Part shown: piece after piece, positions 10,491 through 22,967 of the stretch
Layout of the letters: every line of letters starts with the position of its first letter
How positions within the stretch are numbered: position 1 is the first letter of the stretch
NCBI RefSeq assembly: GCF_006345805.1
Contig: NC_043003.1
Location: forward strand, 102,362,001-102,426,000
Origin: Octopus sinensis
Taxonomy: Eukaryota
Reading direction: 5' to 3'
DNA: 64,000 nucleotides
The notes under the pieces: generated by a model
Seen by the model: the letters and a program-made list of their open reading frames with translations, nothing else
Databases searched by the model: none
Told to the model about the DNA's origin: nothing
Program-made: the position numbers and the translations under genes

Positions 10491-13400
10491 AATATTATGT
10501 CATTGATATTAATGCACAATAGTGAGAAAAGAAATGAATGATCTAGTCAAGGAAAGCATAAATATAAACAAATCAAATTAAGAAATTAATGAAGTTAAAA
10601 CCAATTTTAAATTATCACATTGCATCTCTAACTTAAATTAATTAACTATTCATAAGCTATTAATCATATATTCTCGAGATATGTGCCTTAATTAAAGTTT
10701 CAGTAAACTGTATATAATATATACTACTGTTACCTGCACATAAATCCTTATATTCATATCAATCATTTAATTTATACAGTAATATTAAAATGATAACCAG
10801 TAAAAATTATTTACTCATTTTAGTTATAGATGTAAGCATATTAATCATGAGATACTGCCTGATTCAAGGTTCCAGTAACCTTACAATTATATCTAATTTA
10901 TTCTTTAAATTACATCTGATGGTAGTTTCTGAGAACATATTTATAGGCGTGAACATATGAAAAACTAGTCTCCCTCCTTGCATTCAGGAGTTGACACCTT
11001 GAATACAAGATTTCAAAAAGTTCCTCCATACAGAGTAAACAAAAGATATTTCCAACTTTATAGGTACTAGCCTTGCTTACAACCTTCCACTCCACAGCAA
11101 AACTGTGTTTTTGAATTCTCAAAATTCCTGTTTTTGAATTCTCAAATAAATTTACTGAAGCTGATACAAGATGACTTCTTTCTATTATTAAAGATATAAA
11201 TGTGATTAGTGATGCGCTTTTTGATATAATTTTCTGTTGCTCCAATGTAAAAGAAACTCTTACATTCAGACATCACTCTACATTCCTTTGTTTACAATAG
11301 TTTTTAAATAAATAGTTACTTTTAACCTTGCAATTACAATGCATATTATCACTACTATTCATATTATTATTTTGATTTATATCTTTACATTCTGTGTAAT
11401 GGTTATTTACTTTGTTACCTATACTCTACAGGTTGAGATGGGATTTTATGTGGGTTGCTTCCCTTTGTACATTAGAGAAACTATGAATCCATTTATTACT
11501 AATATTTTCCCCTAGAGAATCATAATTGCTGCATTTCATTAGGTGATTATTGTTATGAAAATTTTTCATTCATTAAGTTAAGAAATAATCTGGGACAAGT
11601 TATTAGAAACCGAATATGCAACTCTGAGAAATCTGGGGTTAATTATATCATAATATCTATTTTCTTTGGTAAAATGTTTATAAAAAAAATTTGTACAAAG
11701 ATCCAACTAACTAAATTATTCTTAATTTGCTGGGTGAATGGAATGATCATCGAAATAATGTTCTTATCAAGTGATACATTATAATTTTCAAATTTTCGAA
11801 CCTTATTATACATATAAGGGGTTTGTCCTTTTCTTCTACTACTGCAAGTCCTAACTTTATAAGGACTATCTAATAAACGAGGCAATAGATTGGTTTTCAT
11901 ATTCTGTATATCATCGTTATCTATTATTTCTACCCTTATTTCTATTTCTATCGTGTCCTTTAAAATTATTGCTATTGTGAGTAACATCCATGCCATCAGA
12001 GCAACCATGGTCCATATTTTGCTCACAATACTTTAATTTCTACCTATACCCAGCTTTGCTGAGTGCTATATTATGATAGTCAACATTTCTGTTAGAAGTA
12101 TCCTTTTTAGATGATAAATTAGAAATCCTTCTAGAAATATTGTAAGCTAAAAAGTTTATTTAGAGAATCAGGATGATTACCTCCAATATTTATATATTCA
12201 AGATTGGAGTTAGGCTTATGGTATGGTTCATAGTTACCAGTATTGAGATTTATGTTAACATATACATTTTCAATTGTTATGAAGAGTCCAAAATTTTGTA
12301 AAAACCTGTAAAATTTCTTCTTACATATTTCTAATTTTCTACCAGATAGGCTTCTGATTGCAAAAAGGGCATCATTCCTATAAAGACCTCTTGCAAGTTC
12401 AAAAAATCCCTTCCTAAGATAAAAAGAATATAAATACCTACTAAATCTATAATTTGGGCAGAATCCGTAAAACCCATAGCAATATCAAAACCATTACAAC
12501 TATCTTTCTTAATACCAATTCTGGTTTTCAAACTTTATAACCGTTCTTCTGGCAGCTAAAATGACATTAATTTCCTCCATATTTAGATTTGAGTTTCTTT
12601 TTGGGAAGAAAAGGGCCTTGTTTAAAACTACTTGGTTAATTGTAGAGTAATAACTGTCAATATCTATTTGTACAAATTTATTTCTACTTTTTTATTTAAT
12701 GCTGTTAAACCAATTTATTACCTCATAGGTATTAGACCAAATTTGCAATCTTATCTTTTCCTTAAGGACTGGTATGTACTTATCCAAAATAGCCTTACTT
12801 AGTTTACCCAAGTCAGATTTCCCTGGGCAAATCAATCTAAACTTAGGGTTTCCATAAAAGTTGTTTTTGTGATCCTTTAAAATAAATCTAGGTCTATTAG
12901 GAACAAAAGGTTCAGTTCTATCACCGAATTTGTAATTCTTCATGATCTGTTTAAAAATTAAGTTGGTAGTTTTTAATGTACTCTTTTTAGATATTGATGA
13001 AATACCCAAATTTATTATATCTGATATCAAAATTTAAATTAATTTAATTTAATTTAATTCCGCAAATCGAATTAATTGGGTATGGAAACAGCCCTAGGTG
13101 TAAAAAATTTGATGTTACACTGAATGGAATTTGTTCAAATAAATTGATGTCTATATATTAGTTTCTCCATTATCTTTTTCTCATACAAGAATATATATAC
13201 ATATACATACATACATACATATGCTACATACATACATACATACATACATATACATATATATGACCTTGCTTTAACATGAGTAGTACTAACATCGTATTGC
13301 TATTATAAATCAGTTGGCTTTGCTTGACTTTCATTTTTATGTAGCAATATTCAATTATATAACTGCATGTTATATATAAACAAAGAATATACTTCTTTTA

Positions 13401-14201
13401 TTTGGTCTGCATCAAAAGGGTGTCACTAATGTGAATGACATGGGCTCAATTTTTGATGACACAAACATATATAGAATAACTGTATTTATGATAATATTGA
13501 GTTTACTAATGAAAACTAACTGTATTAAAAATGTATTGTGGTGTGTTTGTGTGTGTGTGTGTATTTTTATTGTTTCAATAATTTGACTGCAACTATGCTG
13601 GGGCACCACCTTGAAGGGTTTTAGTCAGACAAATTGACCCTGGGATTTATTTTTTAAGCCTAATACATATTCTATTGGTTCCTTTTTTTCTGAACCGCTA
13701 AATCTTATAATTTCTGAGACTTGTCGGGGAAAGGGTAAAAGTTATCCTCAGACTAGAGACCTAAAGTGAATGCTAGTAGCAGAGTGAGCTCTGCTAGAGT
13801 CACCCAAAGACCAAATGGCAGTGGTAAACTAGATGATACACTAAGTTTATCACTAAAGATGCCCAAGAACCAGGTAGTGGCATTGAACCAGGTTCTATCT
13901 ACCACTAAAGGTACTCAAGGACTGGCAGGTGATGTTAAACTAGAATGGGTATTAAATCTACCACCCAAAAACTCAGAATCCAAGAGTCATAACAAATACC
14001 ATAATACAAAACATGCAAAGCTTTAATAATTCAACATATCCTCTACTCTTACTGTACTTTATTTTATCAACCACAAAAGTGAAGCAAAATTGACCTCAAG
14101 TGAGATCTGAACTCAGAGCACAGAGAGCCAAGAAACTACCGCATGCACATTGTCCCATGTTAACTTACCTCTGCCAAAGATATTAGTACTATAGAACTAG
14201 T

Positions 14202-14478
14202 GACAGTGGTACCTTACAGCTAGAGATAATGGTACCATGCAATTAGGGACAATGGTACCATAGGCTAGGATAAACATGGGATAATGGTACCACACAACTG
14301 GAATAATGGTACCATACTATTAGGAATAAAGATATTCAATAAAGAATGATTGTAGCATACAACTGAAGATAATGGTACCATACAACTAGAGATAATGGTA
14401 CCAAACAACTAGGGATGATGGTACCATATGACTAGGTGTATTGGTACCTTGCAACTAGAAATGATGGTATCATGCATA
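14202..14478. repeat. ~23-bp minisatellite (gataatggtaccatacaactaga), ~11 diverged copies
   Basis: tggtacc recurs at ~23-nt spacing. Confidence 0.8.
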
Positions 14479-14579
14479 TAAACTGTTGTCTAGTATTTTC
14501 TTATCAGTATAGTATCAAAAGACAAACTTATTGCTGACAACAACATCTATTAATTCCCATCTAAGCCTACTTTCAACTA

Positions 14580-15868
14580 TGAGGGTGGGCTAAAAGGTTC
14601 ATAGGCTGACTAAGAAGGAGTTATCATACAGTTTTTAAATTTGGCATGCATTAAATTCAACCTTTACTGATGCTAACTGCATATTTTCTTTCCAGGTAAA
14701 CTCACATTGGATACAGATCCGAAGACTTAGAAAAGTGGTACTAGAGACATTTTGTGAAAATGGATAAAATCTGGCACTGTGGTGTTATCAAATATCTTCA
14801 GAAAAAGGGGTTAGACCCCAAGGTCATTCAAGCTGACATGGTTGCTACATTAGGGGATGATGCTACAGCTTAATCAACTGTGTAAAAGTAGGCAGCTGAA
14901 TTCAAGAGAGGTAGGGAGAGTCTTGAAGATGACCCAAAGTCCAGGCATCCTACCACAACTACCACCCAAGAAAGAATTGACTATGTTTACTACATGATGA
15001 TGAATGACAGAAAGCTGTAGGCATCTCCAGTGAACGAATTGAGAACATTCTGCATAACAAACTTGGCATGTCAAAGAATTCTTCTTGGTGGGTGCAACAA
15101 CTTTTGATACCTGATCAAAAGCACACCAGACTGTTCATATTGTAGGCAAACTTGGCACTTTTTGAAGCAAATCCAACCAGTTTTATTGAACGCATCCTTA
15201 CCCAAGATGAATGTTGGGTTCACCACTTTGAGCCAGAGGTCAAACAGTAGTCCATGCAATGGAAACACCTGTCTTTTTCCCCACCCAAGAAGGCCAAGGT
15301 GGTGTCATCAGCAGGGAAGATGATGGCCTCCATCTTCTGGGATGCAAAGAGCATTGTGTTCATTGACTACCTTCAGAGAGGCCATACTATTAGTGGAGAA
15401 TACTATGCCAACTTGCTAAGGTAGCTGCAAAAGGCAATCAAGTCAAAACAGCCTGGAAAACTGAAGGGGGTCCTGCTTCACCAGGACAATGCTCCTGCAC
15501 ATAAGTATGTGATTGCAATGGCTGCTGTGTGTGACTGTGGCTTTGAACTGGTTGATCCCACATGAACTGGTTGCAATGGCTGCTGTGTATATTCTCCTGA
15601 TTAGGCACCATCTGACTATTTTTTTGTTTTCCAGCATGAAAAAACACTTGGCTGGGAAGCAGTATTGGACCGATGATGGGGTGATATCTGCTATTGACTT
15701 TTTTGGGGGTCAGGATGAGAGCTTCTATATCACAGGAATCCAAGTGCTGCAGCACCGATGGAAGAAGTGTATGGACTGCAGAGGAGACTATGTTGAAAAA
15801 TAAAACACATTTGGTCAAGTTCAACCATTGCATTATGGTCAGCCTATGAACATTTCAGCCTATGCTCA
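14580..15868 (+). mobile_element. Full-length mariner element with pseudogenised transposase (14760-15803)
   Basis: TIRs tgagggtgggctaaaaggttcataggctgac / gtcagcctatgaacatttcagcctatgctca with a TA at the left flank. Motifs TQDECWV, FWDAKSIVFIDYL, HQDNAPAH and YSPD*APSDY are present, with several stops. Confidence 0.92.
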
Positions 15869-16304
15869 TGTGTTGGATCATGGGGTAAAGACAGATATTT
15901 TGGTTTTATTTTGATTTTGTTCTTATGCCAGAGTATGAAGAAGCAATAATACAATAAAGGTATTGATTGACTTATTCAAAGACAAATGGAATAACTTTGT
16001 TTGGTAGACATGGTAGTGGCAATTTCTCATATTTATCATTTCTATAAGTAATAATCGATTTTCAAATAAAAAATTTTAAGCATTTAAGAACAAATAGTAA
16101 CTGTTACATGCACTTTTAATTTATTACTTATTATTTACTTCCCCTCTCTGTATTGTATATACACACATATGAAATACATACACACATACATACATGTATG
16201 TATGTATGTATGTATGTATGTATGTATGTATGTATGTATGTATGTATGTATGTATGTATGTATGTATGTATGTATGTATGTATGTATGAATGAATGATAT
16301 ATTT

Positions 16305-16525
16305 TATTTTAGTCAAATTAGTCTCTTATTACTCTCAGTTCACCTGTGGTAGGTGGACATGGTCTTCAGGCAAATTGTGACTGGAAATTGATGGGGTTTG
16401 CATATTCATAACAGTTTTCCTGTTATAGGGTGTGGCGACAAGGATAAAATATGAGAAATTTACCTGAATATCCTATGCTCCTACAGGTGTAACTCAGAGT
16501 AGTAAGATATGGACTCAACCAAAAT
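16305..16525. repeat. ~220-bp imperfect hairpin element
   Basis: actctcagttcacctgtgg / ctacaggtgtaactcagagt, ttcaggcaaatt / aatttacctgaa and ataacag / ctgttat. Confidence 0.6.
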
Positions 16526-16994
16526 CTCCTAGTATAATAAAGAGTGTAGTTTTTTTATATATTTGTATATATATATATTTGACCAGAATCACACTGGATG
16601 TGAAGGAGAAGATATAATAGTAATTCAGTGAAGGAAAAGTAGTGAGAGTAATAGCCCTTACTGAGAGGGAGTGAGAGAAAGTAATAGCAATGAGAGAAAG
16701 GAAGGGGTATAGATGAATAAGGAAGGAAGGGGTGAAAAAAAAAATCAGTGTTTCAACTCCGTGTGAGTATATGTGTGTATGTGTGCGTGTGTAGAAGGGA
16801 AGTATGTGAATGTTTGTGCGTGTGATTATTATGTACCTTAAAAATACTGCAATTAACCATCATTACTGATGGCACGTGGTCAGCTAGTAAATTATATTGA
16901 TACTGAGAATTCTTTTCTCTGATATATTTTAGATATATTTCTCAGTGTGTGTATGTGTAAATATATGTGCATGTGTATGTATATACATACACAT

Positions 16995-17025
<31 letters not shown>

Positions 17026-18001
17026 CATACACACACATATATATATATATGCTTAAGTGTGTATAATGGGAACTGATTCAAAATGCATAGAGTCGCTGTT
17101 TATTATAAATATATCCTCATCACCATCATTTTAACATATTCTTTTCCATGTTTGCATGGGGCAGATTTTCTACAGCTGGATGCCTTTCCTGCCACCAACA
17201 TTCACCTGTTTACAAACAAAGGAAATATTTCCTCATGGCCAGACATGCTTTTGCAGAATATTGGAAATGAATGCTGCTGCTCATTTATTATCTTTTTTAT
17301 TATCATTTTTTATCTTTTACCCATTTCAGTCATTAGACTGTGGCCATGCTGAGGCACCACCTTGAAGGATTTCTAGTCATATGAATTGATCCCAGTTCAT
17401 AGCTGAATGTAGTTATTTAGTGAAAGAAACTAACATAGGTACTCTTTCATGTAGACATAAACCAGAAATTTGGGTTGTGGAGAACAGTCAAATTATATCA
17501 ACCCCAGTACATGAATGGTATTTTATTCTATCACAACAAAAATTACCTCAACAGAATTTGAACTCAGAATGGCTAGATACTGTATGGCATCTTTATGATG
17601 TTCAAATGATTCAGCTGATTGTTGGTGTCTACCTCTTCCTCATCCTCAATATCATATCACTTTTTTGTCATCGTCATACTACAAAGAACACCATGACTGT
17701 CATCACCACTACAAGTATAATCACCATAACTGGAAACGGTTCCAAGCAGGAATTGAACATGAAACACATATTCGACACTGCAAAACATTCCTACCACTCT
17801 ACTGATGGTGATGATAGTGATAACTATGATAACAACAACAATAACAACAACAGCAATGTTTCAACATCCACTGTTTGATGCTGGTATGGGTTGGACAAAT
17901 CTGTTGTAGAGCATGACACCATTGAGTCAGTTGTCATCTCATTTGTGGGACAATGACTGAATGAATGAGTTAAGGGGACAAATATATGTTCGGTTACTTA
18001 C

Positions 18002-18134
18002 TCAATGAGGGAGCCTTTCCGTTTCCTTGTTTGCTCCATGGCTGCTCCCCACTTGCCCTTTGCTGATGCACTGGCAAGTGATGGTGAAGCCTGCAAGGCA
18101 GGTGGCTGTAAGTCCTCAGGGACAGAATATGTGT
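18002..18134 (-). CDS. Bmal1: Exon of the BMAL1-like gene: (D)TYSVPEDLQPPALQASPSLASASAKGKWGAAMEQTRKRKGSLI(D), with a possible start ATG at 18039
   Basis: Acceptor tttatttttcag and donor GA|gtaagt; 133 nt with an open frame. Contains a Kozak-like gccATGG and an RKRKGS motif like the BMAL1 NLS; the phase matches exon 2665-2730. Confidence 0.7.
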
Positions 18135-18287
18135 CTGAAAAATAAACAGAAGAAAGGAAAACATCAGTTTAAATGGTAGATAAGATAGACTATAATACAA
18201 GGTATAATAGTACAGGTGTGAATATACTTAGCCCTTTCTCCCTCTCATTATTGCTAATGTTGTTATCATTATTACCAACATCCCTAC

Positions 18288-18297
18288 CTTTAACAAT
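18288..18297 (-). CDS. Candidate 10-nt microexon (IVK+G)
   Basis: atttttttcag|ATTGTTAAAG|gtaggg; it bridges the phase-0 donor at 21728 to the phase-1 acceptor at 18134. Confidence 0.3.
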
Positions 18298-18344
18298 CTG
18301 AAAAAAAATATCCTCCAGGTCATGAAGAGGTATGAGCCACTGCT

Positions 18345-18380
<36 letters not shown>

Positions 18381-18419
18381 ATAAAACATATATATATAAG
18401 CAGTGGCAGTCACCATATC

Positions 18420-18541
18420 AGGTACCTCTGATGAGCACAGAGTTACATAACTGGATTGTTACCTAACTCTCCATTGAATTCCTAGCTTAAAACCATTTGG
18501 TAAGATCAACCATAATGGATATATAATACTGTACACTTTGG

Positions 18542-18550
<9 letters not shown>
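18420..18550 (+). mobile_element. Isolated PLE terminal fragment with a relic hammerhead; related to 55300-55420
   Basis: CTGATGA-gc..agagttacataac/gttacctaactct..-AAAA-ccatttgg-TA; the tail atggata..taatact...tttggataata is shared with the 55.4 kb copy. Confidence 0.55.
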
Positions 18551-18597
<47 letters not shown>

Positions 18598-19159
18598 TAA
18601 AAATGAAATGAAGCAGAGCAAATGATAAATTTTATTTTGGAGGATATGGCAATCTTATTTCAGCTAGATGAGATGAGACAATGCATACAGAATGAAAGTG
18701 CTTTGAATTTGTGGATATCTGTAGAAAATTTGAACCCAAGACATATTCTTCCAAAATTGACAACAGTGATTTAATAGCTTTTCTTTTATCACTGTTGTTT
18801 TCCGTGTTTTAAAATACATTATATGAGGCAGTAAAACTTACAGACCATTATGTCCTTTGTCATTTCATTTTTAAGATCTTCCTATCATTTTTGATCTTTC
18901 CTCACAAGGTTTTCTCTCTTCTTCTATTTCCCTCTTACTGTCATTCATCTTCTAACAGACCACATCATTTTCTTTTCCCATTTCTCTTTATCTAACATAA
19001 GTATAGGCATAGCTGAGTAGTAAGAAGTTTGCTTTGTAACCACATGGTTCTGGGTTCAGTCCCACTGCATGGCACCTTGAGCAAGTGTCTTCTACTATAG
19101 CCTCGGGCTGACCAAAGCCTTGTGTGGGGATTTAGTTGATGGAAATATATATATGCACA

Positions 19160-19304
19160 CTTTATTAAAGCTGCAAAACCTTCACAGACTGTTACTCAGA
19201 GTTCCACATTCCTGTTTATAAGACAGTTGTAATCATATTGCCTGATGAATGGTAATGGGAAACTTTGAGTAATAGTTTTTGAAGATTTTGCAACATTAAT
19301 AAAA
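19160..19304. mobile_element. Inverted pair of short hammerhead-type termini (family also at 63680-63766)
   Basis: ttattaaagctgcaaaac...gttactcagagttcc mirrors gggaaactttgagtaatag...gattttgcaacattaataa; the right arm reads CTGATGA-atggtaatgg-GAAA-ctttgag-TA. Confidence 0.6.
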
Positions 19305-19507
19305 ACATACTTCTCTACCTTTGGTATTTATGTACTAAGTTTTTCCACCTTGTTTTGCATTTATGTTCTTACTTGCTTTATAAATCCATCTTGGGACTGC
19401 CTATTTTGGATTTCTTAAACAAGGGATTTATTAACTGAAGGAACAAAATTCACCAATTTATTAAAAAAAATATATGAATACACGCATAAAAACAGTATAA
19501 ACAATGT

Positions 19508-19780
19508 CATTGAATGAAAAATTTGTTGAGTGTTGTTTGCTTTGCTGGACGCTTTGCTCACAACTCTGCATTGATTTTTTCTTTTAGAGTTCTAAAAAGA
19601 TTCATGTCCCTGAAATCAAAACTTTCAAGGCCACTTTCTAATCAAGTGAGATAGTATCTCATTTCAGCTGGTGTTGGAGGTTCCAGAACTCTTTCATCAA
19701 CATCAACATTGGAATCGTCATTTTCATTTCCTTTGGTTTCCTTCTCAGATTGCTGAATGTCATTTTTTACGATTTTTTCA
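19508..19780 (-). pseudogene. Tigger/pogo-like transposase C-terminal fragment with PIP box
   Basis: NENDDSNVDVDERVLEPPTPAEMRYYLT*LESGL...KRPAKQTTLNKFFIQ*; both internal stops are TGA, consistent with CGA decay. Confidence 0.6.
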
Positions 19781-19930
19781 CTGCTGTGTTGCCGCTTTTC
19801 GGTGTATTTCAACCAGAAAAATGTCCTCCTAAAGAGAATAACAAGCTACATAATGCAAAATTTTTACTTTTCAAAAATTCCAATTCCAGCGGGTTGAAAC
19901 AAACCCGAGCAACGCCGGGCGATACTGCTA

Positions 19931-19931
<1 letters not shown>
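19760..19931 (+). mobile_element. Helitron-type 3' terminus
   Basis: GC hairpin cccgagcaacgccggg ends ~8 nt before CTAG (19928-19931), which is followed by T. Confidence 0.7.
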
Positions 19932-19932
<1 letters not shown>

Positions 19933-19985
<53 letters not shown>

Positions 19986-20490
19986 ATTTGTCAAGCAAGT
20001 GAAATCGTAGTCATGGGCAATGCCAGTGTTATGTAACTGGCACCCATACCAGTAGCGTTTAAAAAGCACCCACCACACTATAATGGTTGGCATTAGGAAG
20101 GGCATCCAGCAGTAGAAACAATGCCAAATCAGATTGGACCCTAGTGCAGCTCCCCAGCTTACCAGTTTTCAGTCAAACCGTCCAACCCATGCCAGCCTGG
20201 AAAACAGATATCAATAGAAATAGAAATATATATATATATTTAAACTTAATCAAAGGACATACTAAGTATGTCTACCTGCTAGAAATAACAGTCAAAACTC
20301 TTATTAAATCGCCAAAAATACACTGATGAAAACTACAGAAATCAAACATACTTAGTATGTCCTTTGATTAATTTTAATCCCTCGGCTATTTAATGCTATT
20401 TTTGGGCCTGCTATCGCCTGTGTCATCGATTCTGTTATTATCATTTTTAAAATAGTTACATTAATAATAGAATTAATGACACCTTCATAT

Positions 20491-20536
<46 letters not shown>

Positions 20537-21038
20537 ATTTGTCAAGCAAGTGAAATCGTAGTCATGGGCAATGCCAGTGTTATGTAACTGGCACCCATAC
20601 CAGTAGCGTTTAAAAAGCACCCACCACACTATAATGGTTGGCATTAGGAAGGGCATCCAGCAGTAGAAACAATGCCAAATCAGATTGGACCCTAGTGCAG
20701 CTCCCCAGCTTACCAGTTTTCAGTCAAACCGTCCAACCCATGCCAGCCTGGAAAACAGATATCAATAGAAATAGAAATATATATATATATTTAAACTTAA
20801 TCAAAGGACATACTAAGTATGTCTACCTGCTAGAAATAACAGTCAAAACTCTTATTAAATCGCCAAAAATACACTGATGAAAACTACAGAAATCAAACAT
20901 ACTTAGTATGTCCTTTGATTAATTTTAATCCCTCGGCTATTTAATGCTATTTTTGGGCCTGCTATCGCCTGTGTCATCGATTCTGTTATTATCATTTTTA
21001 AAATAGTTACATTAATAATAGAATTAATGACACCTTCA

Positions 21039-21060
<22 letters not shown>
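19933..21060. repeat. Apparently identical 551-bp tandem duplication (SINE-B piece plus a 126-bp IR element) bounded by (TA)n
   Basis: Identical ORFs at 20087-20326 and 20638-20877, offset by 551. Confidence 0.9.
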
Positions 21061-21079
<19 letters not shown>

Positions 21080-21081
<2 letters not shown>

Positions 21082-21445
21082 CCGAATGTGGCCATAGCCA
21101 GCACCGCATTGACTGGCCTCCGTGCTGGTGGCACGTAACAAACACCATCCGATTGTGGCTGTGCTAGCCTCGCCTGGCCTCCGTGTCAGTGGCACGTAAA
21201 AAGCACCATCCGAGCGTGGCTGTTCGCCAGCCTCATCTGGCACCTGTGTCGGTGGCACATAAAAAGCACCCACTACACTCACGGAGTGGTTGGCATTAGG
21301 AAGGGCATCCAACTGTAGAAACACTGCCAGATCAGACTGGAGCCTGGTGCAGCCTTGTGGCTTCCCAGACTCCAGTCGAACTGTCCAACCCATGCTAGCA
21401 TGGAAAACAGACGTTAAACGATGATGATGATGATGATGATGATGA
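21080..21445 (+). mobile_element. SINE-like family B copy
   Basis: Tandem gtggcacgtaaaaagcaccatccg units, the ggaagggcatcc block and a (GAT)n tail. Confidence 0.8.
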
Positions 21446-21727
21446 ACTTCTTTCAATTTCTGTCTATCAAATCTCACAAGGTCTGGTCAGCCCAGGGCTA
21501 AAGTAGAATATGCTTGCCCAAAGTACCACACATTAGGATTGAACTCTGAACTGTGCAGTTGGAAAACAAAGCTCTTAAACATGCAGCCATGCTTATACAC
21601 ATGTATTTGTTTATGTATCTCATCAGTAGAGTTACTTATACAGAAAGATTCAATTCAACACAAAATGATGTCATTAGAGTCATCCTCAAAGCAACCGTCT
21701 GAAGTAATGGTAACTGCTACTTCTTAC

Positions 21728-21767
21728 TTTGCTGCGATAAAGTTCATCCATCCAATTTATCAAGAAC
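21728..21767 (-). CDS. Candidate upstream exon (FLINW)MDELYRSK, coding or 5'UTR, of the host gene
   Basis: tcttctctggttcag| 40 nt |gtaaga; only one frame is open across the exon. Confidence 0.35.
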
Positions 21768-22087
21768 CTGAACCAGAGAAGACTAAACATTGATCAGTTC
21801 TAACAGTTTTACCAGTTCCTTAAGTCCTCCTTCCCTCCCTCTCTTTCCTCCTCCTCCTCCTCTCTCTCTTTTCTGGAATAGATAGAATGGAAGTGTTTTA
21901 TTGCTTTTTGTAGTAATGTCTGATGTAGTAATGGAATACATTGGAGTTTGGCTTAACGTGACAGAGAAGTTAAATATAATAAATGCAGATAAAAAGGGAA
22001 AATATAATAAAATATAAATGCAATACAGAATTAATGCCTCTTGTATGGAATTTGGTATGTGGAAACTGTACAGAAACCATTATGTGA

Positions 22088-22140
<53 letters not shown>

Positions 22141-22194
22141 CATATATATATGTATATATAGAATCCTTCGCATCATGTTTTTATTTTGATCAAT

Positions 22195-22245
<51 letters not shown>

Positions 22246-22300
22246 TATATATATATGTATATATGCATGTGTCTGTGTATATGTGTATATATATATATAC

Positions 22301-22348
<48 letters not shown>

Positions 22349-22403
22349 TATATATATATGTATATATGCATGTGTCTGTGTATATGTGTATATATATATA
22401 TAC

Positions 22404-22469
<66 letters not shown>

Positions 22470-22967
22470 TATTATACACACACACCACACACACATATAT
22501 ACATGTATATATATATATATATCATGTATTCACATAATGGCTTCTGTGCAGTTTTCATATACCAAATTCCATGTGACTTGGACAACCCAAAGCCTTTTGA
22601 GTGGATTTAATAGATGGAAACTGAAAGAAGCCCATTGTATAAGTATATCTCTATGTATGTTTGTCTTTGTGTTTATTCCCACATCACTGCTTGATAACTA
22701 GTGTTAGTCTGTTTATGTACCCCTGTAACTTAGTGGTTCAGCAAAAGAGACCGATAGAATAAGTACCAGGCTTAAAAAATAATGTGTTCTGGGGGTCAAT
22801 TTGTTGGGCTAAATCCTTGAAGGTAGTGCCCCAGCATGGCTGCAGCCCATTGACTGAAATAAGTAAAAGATAAAAGATATACATGCAAGCACACACACAC
22901 ACACACACATGCACACACACACATGTATGCACGTCTGTATGTATACATAGATACACACACACATATA

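Larger units (their letters stand above)
9543..13200 (-). mobile_element. Decayed Penelope-like retroelement (Naiad-type RT + GIY-YIG), 5'-truncated, with an inverted pLTR copy
   Basis: Minus-strand motifs LKDHK..NPKFRLICPGKSDLG, FVQIDIDSYYST, FDIAMGFTDSAQIIDLVG, GLYRND, YHKPN...NHP, CNCK...C and CLLCMEE...LLNARRE. 9543-9749 is repeated in inverted orientation at 12995-13200. Confidence 0.85.

Noticed and set aside
14202-14478. CRISPR-like periodic repeat
   Set aside because: No unique spacers, eukaryotic context and no cas genes; it is a minisatellite.
20320-20350. CTGATGA-aaactaca-GAAA hammerhead-like core (also in the duplicate)
   Set aside because: Stems II and III cannot pair.
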